A stretch of DNA of 61,535 nt, counting the filler, from Choristocarpus tenellus KU-1152 (taxonomy: Eukaryota; Protista; Phaeophyceae): assembly GCA_964200185.2 (NCBI GenBank). It is 8 parts of 8 records of this genome, joined end to end, with 100 filler letters (N's around TTAATTAATTAA, not from the genome) between each part and the next. Parts side by side here need not be neighbours in the genome. Positions count along the whole stretch, not along the records: positions 11,249 to 18,415 come from CAXNAD020006590.1; positions 18,516 to 25,776 come from CAXNAD020006442.1; positions 25,877 to 29,815 come from CAXNAD020017034.1; 5 more parts are not named here. One strand, 5' to 3'. The notes under the pieces are model-generated. The model saw only the letters and a list, made by a program, of their open reading frames with translations. It had not been told where the DNA came from and searched no databases. The position numbers were made by a program, and so were the translations under genes. Below are positions 13,048 to 25,970 of this stretch, in pieces (position 1 is the first letter of the stretch; every line of letters starts with the position of its first letter).

Positions 13048-13640
13048 AGGGTTAGGGCATAGGGTTAGGGTCGGGACAGGTGCTATGGTTGGGATCGGAA
13101 ACCCAAACCGTGAGGAACATCGTTTGGTTCCGATAGGTATCGGAACGCGGATATCGGAGCACACGAACTTCGTCGATAGGTTTCGTTCTGCTCTTTATGG
13201 GAGGAGGTGTGCGTCACCGGCTTCGAACTGCGGCGGAACTAGTGAATACCACGTCTCTCGGATTTCGATGCAAATGTGTGATTTTGGAAGGGTATGGTAA
13301 CCATATGCTTCGCTATGCCTAGTCTTTAAGCGCTAATCCCCATTGAGGCAATTACAGAATGCACAGGCCACATTGGATTGTGTCTCGCTGCGACTAGACG
13401 TGGTCTTGCCTTTGGGATGTCCTGGGGTCTACCCCTTCGAAGTCCACGAGTTCAGTCCCGTTGTTAGAGAGATCCCCTAGTGGCTGGCGGGCCGTCATCA
13501 TACATCTGCGGTGCGACGGATGTGGTCCCCTTGAACAACCGCGATGACGATTCCTCAGTATTGTCCAGACCCGTTGCTTTGTTGTCGAGAGAGTGAGGGA
13601 GTGTGGTGTCTGTCGCATATGTGGTTTGGCCAAAGGTTTT
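13048..13640 (-). mobile_element. Unclassified decayed repeat, copy 1 (D-box-like exon plus TTAGGG tract)
   Basis: Colinear blocks shared with 51425-51900, e.g. GTATCGGAA..TATCGGA, CCTTTGGG...AGTCCACGAGT and GTGGTTTGG.CAAAG. Confidence 0.5.
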
Positions 13641-15244
13641 CTTTGTCGTGCATTATAATATAATACTAGGCAAAGTTTACATTTACGTTTTTGTTCCAAT
13701 GTTAGACTAAAGAACGGTGAATCTATGCAAAAGAAGATGTCAACTCAAAGTTTTCACCCTCTCGAGCTAATGAAGAATTATCGCATGAAGAGTTATATAT
13801 ATATACACACCTTCATGTTTTTTGTTCCATTTCAACAGGATCGTCATGCATAGAAGTTTCGAGACATATGTCAAGAGTGCAAAATCCCGTTTATAAACAC
13901 ATCCGTTTTTGTCTCCGAGAAGAAGGAACACCCCAACTGACCTGTTCGTAACCGCAAAATATATACTATTATATAATAGGGTAGAACATTCCATAAAGGC
14001 GGTTCTTATTGTACGGACAATGGTTTGGTTGTTATACAACCGAAAAAAGAAGAGATGAACAGGACCATACCCTTTTGGTCAAGAGAGGATATGCGTGTAT
14101 CCCTTGCATGAGAATCGTGCTCGTGTGTGGCTATCCCTGTGTGCCGTACGTTACGCTGAGTACCGTGCGTGTCGGAAGGTAAAAATACGACAAGACTGCC
14201 ACCTCGTGCAAGGTGATCGTTTTCGTACGGCTGGAGGATGATGTGAACCGGCCGCCTAATGCCATCCTCTCTGAGCCTGACTCGATGCACAAAATATTTT
14301 CTCTCTCTTTCTGTTTGTTCCTCCTGTCCCATTTCGAACGTGCCCACCCGATGCAGAAATCCCGCGATCAACCGAGAGGCTTGGTACAACCACCTAACGC
14401 CGCAATGCCTCCAAAGGGAACCAAAAGGTGAGCCCCCATACAAGAAACATTTGCCCTTCGTGCAGCCTACACAGGAGCGTCTCTGGATGACCAACGTCGC
14501 AAACATGCCGTCACGATTTAGCGCCTTTGGCGGGTGTTGCGACTATCGTTCGTCCACGTAGCATGTATTAGCGTGTGGCTGAGATGGTACTGTGCCCACC
14601 TCCTGTGTATGGTGGTGATATCACCATTTTGTAGATTAGATGTCCTGTAATTATTTGTGGTCCCAACCATGTGTACACACCACCTGTCCATGGTTGTGAT
14701 ACTAGCGTTTTTTTAAGAATGTTTTGGAGAATTACAGTGTCTACACTATGAAAAGGAGTGTTCGGATTTTGGTTATTTACATATCCAAAAAATAAGGAGG
14801 GCAAGAATGAGAGCAAAAAAGCAACATTGAATTCGGTCACACAAAATGAACGCGGCCCTACCACTAACATATTTCGACCAGCACCCATGATACCAACCCT
14901 AGCCCCGAGAAAAATAAGTCACCCATATTTTCAACACTTTCCAAATCCGCAATTTACCGATTTCACCTCGGATCAAAAATGTAGCCATAGATTATATTCA
15001 AAGGCTCCAAGACGAAAGGACTACAGTGAATTCGACCGAAACTTTTTCGGAAATTGGAACATGTGTTGCTGTCACTTTTGATGGGAGTAATCAGACAACT
15101 GATCCGAAATAGAAGGAAGATTCCACGATGCAATTTCGCGCACCATGACATCCGTCCGTCCAGGATGACGTGGTAACACCTTCGATACGCGTGTGTAAGG
15201 ACTCCGATACTATTGGAACATTTCCGATAAGGTTCAAACCGGAA

Positions 15245-15870
15245 ATGTAGATACACAACCCCAAACCGTTTTTGCCGTGCTTCGGAACTTGATGGTCTTT
15301 ACTGTTCGTCAGAACACATAAAATTCTTTCATTATCAGCCTTGTATCAAGCACAAACCTGCGCGTGATTGCTCTCCTGACATCCAATCCAGGTAGCACGT
15401 AAATTCCTTTCATCTTCATCTATCACTTTCTCGGTTTGACGTTATGTTTATCTGCTCAGGTTGTTACAATTTCAAGTGGACACACACACCCTCGACCGTC
15501 TCGCCGCGCTTTGGAAATTGATGGCATTTACCGTTCGACGGAACACATCAAATTCATTCATCACTGGCTGCCATATGTCAAGCACAGACCTATGCGCGGT
15601 AGCCCTACTTACATCTAACCCGGGTCGGCACGTAAATCCCTTTCATGTTCACCTTTCACTTTCGAGATTCGACGTAATGTGTTCCTGCTCAGGAGTACCA
15701 TATCAAATCTACACACACACCCCAATGGTATTGCCGCGCTTTGAATATTGATTGTGTACACCATTCGACAGAACACATGAAATGCACTCACTATTGCCGG
15801 CCCTATGTCAAGCTCAAACCTGTGCATGATTGCCCCTGCTATATGTGACCTTGGTCTGCGCGTAAATTCC
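15245..15870 (+). repeat. Degenerate tandem repeat, ~230-bp unit, ~2.7 copies
   Basis: GAACACAT at 15312, 15541 and 15771; CGTAAAT at ~15398, ~15631 and ~15861; CTGCTCAGG occurs twice. Confidence 0.85.
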
Positions 15871-16199
15871 CACCAGGTTGCGTCCGATATTGGTACGTAT
15901 TATTCATATTCATATCCATCCCAAGTCGACCGCGTTAACAGTTTCACATTTCTTGGTAAATAGCGACCTCGCAGGAAAACGTTACGCTGTCCCCATTTCC
16001 ACGCAATCGCTACGCTCTTCTTTTCATATCTCGTTTGCATAGCCCATGCACGGACACGAACCCTGTACTCCGTGCAGATCCCGTTATCGTTAACCACACA
16101 GTCCATCACTGTTCATATAAAGACACCCTTCATGCGCCCGGCTAGCTGTTGCATCCACCCCTACGTGAACATCGTTGGTCTTTGCTGATACCATTTTCC

Positions 16200-17534
16200 C
16201 AACATTTCCCCTCTGTCTTCACAGACAGTCGGCCGGAGGCCCAAAACCTAATGAAGACCAAAAGACCACAAACATCATAACGCCCAACCTCAGCGTGACC
16301 TGCACGATAGACCTCGCCGTCTGCCTACTTGACACAGGGGTAAAACGCCAACCTTCTGGACACCGGTAGAGTGGAGTCTATGTTCTCCAAGCTAGAGACG
16401 GATCCATCTGTCGCTGCCGATAGGCTCGCGGGGATCCTGAGTGGAAAACCTTTTCCCCTGTGCTACAGATGGAAGACCACAAGCGACATCAAAGCTGACA
16501 TGCGCAGGGCGAACTTGCCCTCTAGAGTGCCTGATGGCGAACTACTTGCAATCTACATCACCAAGGCAACCTGGACGTAGACGAGAATGGTGACGAGAGG
16601 GATATAGATGACGACGACAACCTCTTGAGTGAAAGTATCTTGGAGGGTACGAGGTTTGCCCTGTTTTTCCATTTGAGGCTTGATTTCGCATGGATCTTTT
16701 TATGACATTTTCCTACTCCAAAATGTTTCGGAGTAGGTTAAACGTACACGTTATGGATAGGTGTGTCCGGAACATGGACATTGACACTTCCTAACAAACA
16801 TGATAGCCAAAATTGCATCAAAATGGCAACATTGGATTTTGACTTTGAAATGGACGCAGCTCTACCCTCTAAGATACTTTGGATCTCTTATTTTGCCTGA
16901 ATGGACAACACCGCATAATGGTGCTGAGGACAATCCATTGCGTCGCGCACGAGGAAAATATCCCAGGTGGCATCAACCTCCCGGCCCATGTCACAACGTG
17001 ATGGGCCTCGGATGTCGGAGCGAACCTCCAGATAGGCGATCACAGGAGCTTCATGTGGAAGATCTATCCGCACTGCAACCGCGAAAAGGCTAAATCCATT
17101 CGATAGGAGAGAGTGTGGCGGCCAGCAGGTCGCATGTGTCCAACATTCTCGACATATTCCACTGGATGGTGTCCTGGGTCGCCGCTATCCTTGAGTATAG
17201 CCGCAACTTCGGTTGCGACAGGTCCCGCCCTTGTGTCAATGAAATGGAAGGGGACTCTGATCGTCGCAGGTGCATGGCGACATTGGTCACCAAGTGCAAC
17301 CAGTACTGTCTAGGTGACGTAGACTTCCGGAGTGCCGATGCCGCGTTACAGACGGCTATTAAGAGGAGGGTAGCTGCCAAGATAAAGGCATTCCTTAAAG
17401 AACCTTGGGAGGACACACATATGGAAGCCGGGGTGAATAGACACACAGACCAGACCTCCGTCCAATTCTTCAACGCGATCACCACCCTTGTCTACATATG
17501 CGCGGGAGAAGGTGAGATTCTCACGGCTCCTTGA
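16200..17534 (+). pseudogene. Decayed ORF of unknown function, interrupted by a MITE; weakly similar to 49150-50300(-)
   Basis: ORF fragments 16175, 16371, 16800 and 17115 are separated by stops. Short similar peptides occur in the same order in the second contig (see findings). Confidence 0.35.
16627..16886. mobile_element. MITE family C (~250 bp)
   Basis: TIRs GAGTGAAAGTATCTT(A/G)GAGGGTA ... TACCCTCTAAGATACTTTG; probable CTT TSD; internal similarity to the copies at 34409, 43357 and 48888. Confidence 0.85.
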
Positions 17535-18539
17535 ACAGGAAACGATTCGTCAAACGATTTTGAAGCATCACGTACCTTTCGTGTCATATATCCATATTAA
17601 TTCCACGTCGGTGGTCTAACATACCCCACCCCTCTCTTCCCCTCGCTATGCTCCACCAGAGACAAAAGAACTGGAGGAGATCCTTCTCGGTGTGTGGAGA
17701 GAGCACAAGAAGCGCGAGGGATTGAGTGTAAGCTCGATGCACCCGTATTAACATTAGTACATGAAATACCCCATCACCAACGGTCCAACAACACCGTAGT
17801 AACCCCTGCCTTCCAATACTCTGAGTTTGAATTGACGTTTCACACATATGTAGTGCTATCGACCATATGACACACTCCATCAACCAACAAACCCACTCCC
17901 ACTCCCACGTTCTTCTGTCCTGATCATATTACCTTATCCTCCACTCACCCAATGCGCACCCGACCAGGACAAATTCGACTTCAGAGCGGTTCACATGTTC
18001 ACTGTGCTGTGGAATGCCAACCCGGACGCAACCATGGATTCCCTTAAGAACAGCGAGGCGTTCGCGCACATGTACAGGTTGAAGGTGAAATAAACGTCCC
18101 CAACCATTTTGTCTCCACTCGACGTCACCACACTTGACATAGGGCAGACAGTAACGAAGGATTTGACGTGTTCTGACAAACGGTAGAGCGATCAATTTCC
18201 AGCGATCCCCATGCCCATGAGGTTCCGACGCGCTACGCGCGTCCCCTGCTTTTCCCTCCCTGGCAGATACACTACCAATTTTAATTCCTCGACATCCTCA
18301 AAGCTCGTTCTTTACGGGTATCCTAACCACACTCTGTCGCACATTTGATGTACATGTAGCTCACGGACGAGGTCAAGGAGCAGTATTTCGCTAGAATGTG
18401 CACTGATGTTCTCGCNNNNNNNNNNNNNNNNNNNNNNNNNNNNNNNNNNNNNNNNNNNNTTAATTAATTAANNNNNNNNNNNNNNNNNNNNNNNNNNNNN
18501 NNNNNNNNNNNNNNNTGACGAATGAATTAGATAACAAGG

Positions 18540-18640
18540 GAGAGCACCATCCCCCCACCTTGAGGATAGTGCTCACTCCGCTAATTAACATATCCATACC
18601 ACACAAAGCAAATACTCTACTTGAGTAGCTCTCTTTTGCA
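18540..18640. repeat. Dispersed repeat fragment (family D), also at ~48228-48330
   Basis: Shared AGTGCTCACTCCGCTAAT...CCATACCACA.AAAGCAAA(A)TACTCTACTTGAGTAGCTCTCTTTT. Confidence 0.75.
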
Positions 18641-21210
18641 TAGAGCTCATCATTAGTTGGGGGAAGGACTTTACCTCACGGACCATGGCACTGCTCACTT
18701 CGTCATATGCTCTTGTTAATATATCATGACAAATTTCCATGAAGTGTTGAAAAGCAATAAAAACACGGCTGCTTGACAAAAGCAATCCAAATAATAGCCT
18801 CTTGTAAGGTTAATCCAAGAAAACAAGTTTAGATCAGTAAGGACCTTTCTTTGCTACAACCGAAGAGTATGTCTAAAGAGTTTTAAAAGATGATCCTTTT
18901 TTCTTCAAACTCCACAAATTTCTATGCATACTTGAAATCTACACAAATATGAAAATGTTCATTTCGCCAAAATGAAAAAAAATCCTCTCTAAAAATAGCT
19001 CAAAAAAAAAAAAAAAATCCTCAATATTTGAGGACATCAGTATGCCTCTGAAGGCATAGTCATGACAATATCGCACTCCTTACTACCCAATAGCTTCTCA
19101 TCACATTACCAAGGTCCACACCGAGACTGTTAACATTGTGAGGGATGAGGGCTGACCCTTCAGCATTTGTGCTGTGCATACAGCATCGTCACCTACCACT
19201 GGCCAGATCTGGGATCACTTCTAGCACTGTACAGGTGATGCATATGAAGACCTCAGAAAAAATTTCAATTTGGTTTCCCTATAAAACTTCCAACAGACAC
19301 CACAAATGTGTAATCTGTTGGGCATAAAACAATCTTGTTGACAATTTAGAGAGGCTTGCAGATATGAGGTGGCCTTTTCCTAGTAAATCATGGAATAAGT
19401 CCTAATCTGTAGTGTTATAAATAGTTGAACCACCGTATAAGTGAACCAAATTATGTAGCGTGATATGTTGTATCATCAAAATTGCATGAGGTGGAATCAA
19501 ATTTTGACCATTCCAAGCCACATCACAACTCCTTCATCCAAGCAAGATGTTTGGTGGTATCCCTCAAACCAACACTTATGGTTGTTTGACATCTTTGTCT
19601 ATGCTTTCTTTCAATGGGCCCCAGTTTAAAAAATCATTGAAACTTCTTTCAGTAATAGTAAGCTCAACAGAGTCTGTCCACAAGTCGAGATAATACATAC
19701 TTCGTCTTAATTAATAAACAAAAAGTAGAAATTATTTCCCACAAAAAATGGGTACTGCATTTCCATGAGATGATAAAAGCAACTTACAAACACGCATCTC
19801 CTTTACTTAAGAAATATTGCTAAATCCTCACTGATACTTGACTTCTGTCGTGGACTTGAGTCAGTAATGATGTTGCATTTTAATTCAGAGGTGGCAGCTG
19901 GTCAATAAAGACCAACGTAGCTACTCCAGTTCTTAATAATACAAATCTTTCAACCTCCACAGGGGTTTTGATCCTCAACTCAAACCTGAACTACACAAGG
20001 ATCCATCTTACCAGGACTTCATCCAACCCACTCAAATTGTAATTGTGACATGTACCAGCGTCTTGCCAAGCATTAAGCTGTTGTGAACGGCGGGATTATT
20101 GCAACAACAGAAGGGCAATTTCACAACCCTAAACTCAACAAGCAGCGTTATTTTGCACCTAATATAGCACCAACATGGAAAAACTCGACTGAGCAATGAC
20201 AGTGGGCACACAAACACATACAAATAGGATAGGTTAGGGAGGTGCGTGTCAAGTGGTGGCAAGCAAGGCAATTGCACCGATAGGGGCACTACAAACGACA
20301 AACAAGTTGCCCCTATTGTGAAAGCAATTTAAATTTAGAGCTTCAGTGGTACAACAATACATATAGATACGACAAAGTATGCACACACCTATATTGCATA
20401 GACTTTCTGGGTTGTTTGCGATTACAATCAAGATTATCCAAAGATACACACTATCTTGAGATGCGTTTTTTTAACCTACAACTTGTTATGTAAACTACAA
20501 CCCTGATTCCTCAAGGAGCTCTAATACTGGTCCTTAGGTCAATGTTTTAACTATCAAACCTATCAACATATAACCTCCACATCTGTGCTTACCTGTGGGG
20601 AGGAAGACACAAATGCTCCGACAGAAGGCACCCTCACACAGAGAGAACACATGGCATTTGCCTCTGCTGATGCCCACGCCAAGGCATGGCGAGGTTTGGT
20701 CAGTGAGCTATGACCATACAGGTAGACCCCAAAGAGTAGAGAGGGAAATTAAGCACACACACCACAGGCATCCAAAGGGAAGGGAGCAAAATAATGTACA
20801 CATCACAACGGAGGGCAGACAGAATAAGAGAATATGATCAGGAGGTGCAGAAAGGTGCTCCTCAATACCTCAATATATCATAGCAAGGAGCAGAATGAGA
20901 CATGGGCAAACAAAAAAGACAGCGTCTCACCTCTGCAAGTCTACTGGTTACTGAAAAAGAAGGTATATTTATCATTCTTGGCCTCATCTCATTTCCGACA
21001 TCAAACAACCTATATGATACGCAATTATCCTCTTGGCCCTAACCCTCCTTTTCCACAGGGGGCAGACTGATGGGAACAAGCCATCACGAATGTCTCCGCC
21101 CAAGATGGGATCACCGATATTTGGGCAGCCACCTGATGGTCTACTACTGCCCAATTTTCTATTAAGAATACTCACCAATATGATGCCAAAAATGAGCCTC
21201 CCACTGCCCC

Positions 21211-24200
21211 TCACCGGTACAGCGCCGCAAAGAGCTGTTCCAGGCCACAGACCTTGCCCCCAGAATGGTCTTTGATCCCAGTACGACAAGCAGGGTCGGG
21301 TATTGTGTTTGGAGCAATTGCCTTCCTGGTAGATGCTGCCTTCCCACTTGGAAACTCCAAGCTTGTGTCATCATTTACACAAACACCTCCATCACGCACA
21401 CGACGTGATTTATCATCCCATGAAGAGTAGCCACTAAGATGTTCAGGACAAATTGGGGAGTCAGCCTCTGAAGCCACCTGTTTGAGTGAAAAACACCCAA
21501 GACAATTATAAATAAAATGTTGCCTCTATAGGTGCTGAGGTTAAGAAGTCAAGAGAAGACAATTGGATTGGCATAGCATATTGCCTGCCTTCTCCTTACC
21601 CCCTCAAATAATCTCTAACCAACCCATGCCCAGAGCAAGCAACTGTTCGGACATACAATTAGTACTGAGTCTACAAAATGAGACATAAAATGCTTCCCAC
21701 CATTCCTCCTTTGTATTCCTTGACTCTCCTCAACGTGCTCCATCTTTACCTTAGCATGGGAAGGAGCAACCTTTTCAGGGTGGTCTGTCACGATAGCATC
21801 CACACCGGAGCGCATTAGGTCTTCCATTTCTCCACAATTGTTGACTGTCCAGGCCATCACACCAAGGCCGCGCTCTTTAGCATCACGAACAAAATTTGGT
21901 GTGCAATTGTGCTAAGAGATAAAAGAGACATATCAGGAGGGTATGGAAGCCGCAGGGAGGGAGGGGCTGATGATGACAAGAGAGAATGATTCACAATATT
22001 TTCTTCAGTTCAATACAGGGATAGGGGCTGTGTTGTCTGTAAAGTGAGATCACAAAGAGGGATTGGGACCAGCAACAGGTGTGTGAAGTAATGGTTGGTT
22101 TTAAGAGTGAAATATAGCTTTAAAAAAATGGAACATATGCATAGCAAAACACAAGAGGCAACAAAAAAAACACCTTGCCAACGGAGATCCATGAGGCCCC
22201 AACCTCCTCCGCATCCCTAGCAAGGGTGAGGGGTACTGAGTCAATAATGACTGCAGTGCTTACACCCTCCAGTTCTGGGTAAGCCTTGATACACGCATTA
22301 ACCTCCAAGAGATCAAACTGATTAAATGATGCCACTAGCAAGCGGGAAGGCTCCCAGCCGCCCTGAGACACACAATCGGCAATGTGAAGCATATGCACAC
22401 AAGACGTTAGGGCATAATAACACGTTGAGAGCACTGCATCAAAAAGAGAAGAGGACAGCATTGGTGGAAAAGGGGGGGTATATCAGGGGAAAACAGACTA
22501 CGAGTATTGATAGAATGTGAGGAGATGCAGCTTCGATAGGTTTAAACCAATAACAAGGCATTGCATTGATGTGTTCCACTGGCAATATTATGTCACATAT
22601 TATCCAGCACAAAGAGCACAACAATAGACCTTTCTAACAAAGATGCAATCTAAGCTGCAGATACACTCCTCCTTGAGCAAACACTGTCTTCATGAGACTC
22701 CAAAGTGGTCCCTTGACGTACATTGCAGAAAACATTTATGTCCAAATGGAAACAGCATCAGGTGATAAATGCTGGTGTTAAAACACTCCAGAAGACATTG
22801 TGTATTCAATCTCAAATACACAAGGCAGTCCAATACAGCTTCAGTTGGCACTGTGATCATACCCTACACTGGCTAGGCAAAAACCATAACCTGTGAGGCA
22901 CACATACCCTTGGATAACCTGCATTATTGGTCAAGACAAAAAGTATCATTCAAGAGCTAACTTTTATTTCTCCATTTTGATCTAGTTATAGTGCGTTTTT
23001 GAGATGTTGAAGCAGCATGTAGTTTGAACTAATGTTTTGATCAATACATGCAAAATAAAACTGTGCCATGGTTTAGTAAGAATTTAAAAAATTGAAAAAA
23101 TCACTTCCTCAAGTTTTGAATGTTAACAAAACAAGAGGCAAGCATTAAACAAAAAAAAAAGATAGGAAAGATTCTTCTCCATACTGAACTCGACCATCTT
23201 TTTCAACACCATAACCAATTTCCAACGAGTGGGTATGGGCAACCCCCCAGCACACGGGAGAGGAGTACATCTCTTACATGAAGTATGGCTTGGTGAATTT
23301 CATTCATCAGAGGCCTTGCAATGCAGCAGCCCTTGAGGTCAAAGTAAACATGAATAGATGAGTCCCTAAGAGCCGGGCAGTGTAGGACAGTTCCAATTGT
23401 AACCAGGTGGGGATGAGCAGTCCTGATATCATCAAGGCCAATATGACGCAGAGATAAGCCTGAGCCCTCGTCATAAAGGTTGTGATGGACAACCACCTGC
23501 CATTCAATGAACACATGTGTAGAATTGGAGTAAGAAATTATTGGGGCGGGGAAGTGGGGCAGCATGGCGTAAGTTATCAGATCCAGAGGGGACAAGTGAG
23601 GGAGATGAACTCTCACATTTCCAAAGGGTCTTGGTACAGAACATGCATCGGAGGGTTAAGCAAGAGGCTGGTGTGTAGTTTGTTAGTAGGTGCCTGGAAG
23701 GGAGATAAATCAGCAGGTTAACCAAGAGCTCCCATCCCAGGGGCAATGATCTCCCACCTCTCCTGTCTTGCACAAGGCAACATCAAGCTCGATCATATCA
23801 GCCCCCACTCGCACAGCCTCAACAAAGGCAGGGAGAGAGTTGCCCTCATGTGTGGCACTGCAGCCACGATGTGCCACACTCCAAACACTGATGAGGGCCA
23901 TTGATGAAGGAAAATGATCATTGCGGGGAGGAATTACTAGGCATCTGCATACCACAAGATGATGAAATAGGGCGTGACGCTGAGTGGAGAGGAGGTGAAT
24001 TGAGGTGTGACAATTTATCGCCACCCTGTCCTCCCCAGATTACGCAGTTGTTTTTTTTACAACATGCGAAAATAGGGTCGCTAGCTCACTTCTACCACCC
24101 ACATACATACCACCCTCCTCTGGAGGTTCGCGTCATACCTGCCCGGTGTAGGGAGCTTCCTATACTTCGAATTAGATATGGGGCAGGAAGAAAAATTGGA

Positions 24201-24645
24201 GTCCCTCCTTTCATCAGAAGCGACTCGTGCAAGGGCCTGCAACTGTAGGCCCGAGTGGTGTAGATCGAGAAGTAGGCGTTGTCCATGCTTGACCGCATGG
24301 GTCGCACTGGCGAAAACCCTGTGGCGTGCCTGGCGACAAATCAATGGCCATTGGAAGGAATGGTAGGGGTAGATTTGAACAGATCCTTCAAGGAAAACAG
24401 GTTCTACATTGGCACAGCCCGTAAAAAAAAATGCTCACAAGGGAAAATGTACCCAATTATCACCCAGGCGAGGAGAAGATCACTGCGAGTGTGGGAATGT
24501 GATCATATGACCCCTAAACTACGGTTACCCCGCAGAACTACAGTACCTTCGACACTTCACGCCACACCAAGAGCTCCCGAGACTCCAGGAAAAGCAGGAC
24601 CTCTCCAAGGTCCTCTGCGGACAATTGTCCAAATAGGTCACCCAT
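21211..24645 (-). CDS. Glycerophosphodiester phosphodiesterase (GDPD) with a probable N-terminal F-box-like motif; complement(join(21211..21477,21771..21911,22174..22362,23278..23496,23758..23887,24139..24329,24547..24645)), ~411 aa; in-frame upstream ATG at 24765
   Basis: GDPD motifs VAHRG, GADMIELDV, VVHH, YFDLK, ASFN, AWTVN and GVDAIVTDHP lie in phase-consistent exons (high confidence). Linkage of the two upstream exons and the exact 3' end are less certain. Confidence 0.85.
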
Positions 24646-25876
24646 AGACAACTTGTAATCCTCCGATTCAGATTCGAGATCTTCTAACACTAGACCTTCA
24701 TACGCCCCAACTTCATCGACTTCGCCCCAAGTATTCACCCCTTTGACCCCTGGCACGACTCCCATTGGAGATGTCTTTCTCACTTCCAACAGGCGGTACA
24801 AAGTCCACGCGAATACAGACAATTAGTACGTAAAATACAACACAGATCTTTGGCAGAGATAACACAGCAATGCCCACGCAAGGTTGGTCATGCAACGAGG
24901 GGTGGTAACACGAACAGAAACTTCCCACCGTAATTTAGGCGTGCAAAGACGAAATAATCATCGCCCTAAAATAGCTTCACTCCACAAGGAGAAGGAAATT
25001 CACGAAAATCACTTCCTCATATCCCTTTACCAAATCCTATTCCTTTCCCTCCATCCTTGGCTTCAATCTCAAGTATTGTTCACTTCAACCAGACAGGACC
25101 CCTTCAATTTATTCCAGTGATTTCAAGGAATAATATAAGAGACAAACACAGTTTTTTTAAATATATTTGTATTATTATGACCTCGAACATTTTGAAGATG
25201 TGTCAGGGAAAACCAATCAAAACTATTACATTTTCACAAAACCCCAGTAATATAGTCAGTGACAGTGTATGATGAAAAAAGGAATAGTGTCTTGAAACCA
25301 TATATTTTTGTTTGAAGTAATTATATAACTTCATATACCTCCACTAACTTTTGGTATTCAAGTTCATATTATCTATGAATATATTGTCAAGTGTGAAGTG
25401 TGAAGACATAATATTATATATTTGTGCTTGTGAAATGTAAGAGAGAGTAGTGGGTACTGACTTTTTTCTAACAAAAAGAAGTGAGTGGTTTTTCGTAGGT
25501 GGGATGGATGGATTGAAATTCAACCTTGAACCACAGCGTACTAATTAAATAGTGATAGAACAGCATTGTCTTTTCCATCGGACTGGTCGCAACCAATCGC
25601 AACGGTGGAGATGGATCAACGTCATATTATCAAAGGGTCAACATATGTCTATAATACCTCAATCCCATCTCTCATTTTCTTCCTGAACCTCATCTCTAGT
25701 GAACAGGGATTTCTCAAAATTGAGGATGGTGCAGGACTATGAGGATGGTTGTTTTGCTAAAACTGTCTTAAAAAAGNNNNNNNNNNNNNNNNNNNNNNNN
25801 NNNNNNNNNNNNNNNNNNNNTTAATTAATTAANNNNNNNNNNNNNNNNNNNNNNNNNNNNNNNNNNNNNNNNNNNN

Positions 25877-25970
25877 GCGGATGGATAATCCAAATGTTCT
25901 TTTCCCGTTTTTGGTCCTAATGGCCACCCTCGTGTGGGCCCCCACCCCCCCCCCCCAGATACTTTGGGTC
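25877..25970. mobile_element. MITE family A, partial copy at the contig start
   Basis: Ends in CCCCAGATACTTTGGGTC; interior resembles 44020-44200. Confidence 0.7.

Noticed and set aside
14744-14760. CACTATGAAAAGG as a CACTA transposon terminus
   Set aside because: No matching opposite terminus, TSD or transposase found in the contig.
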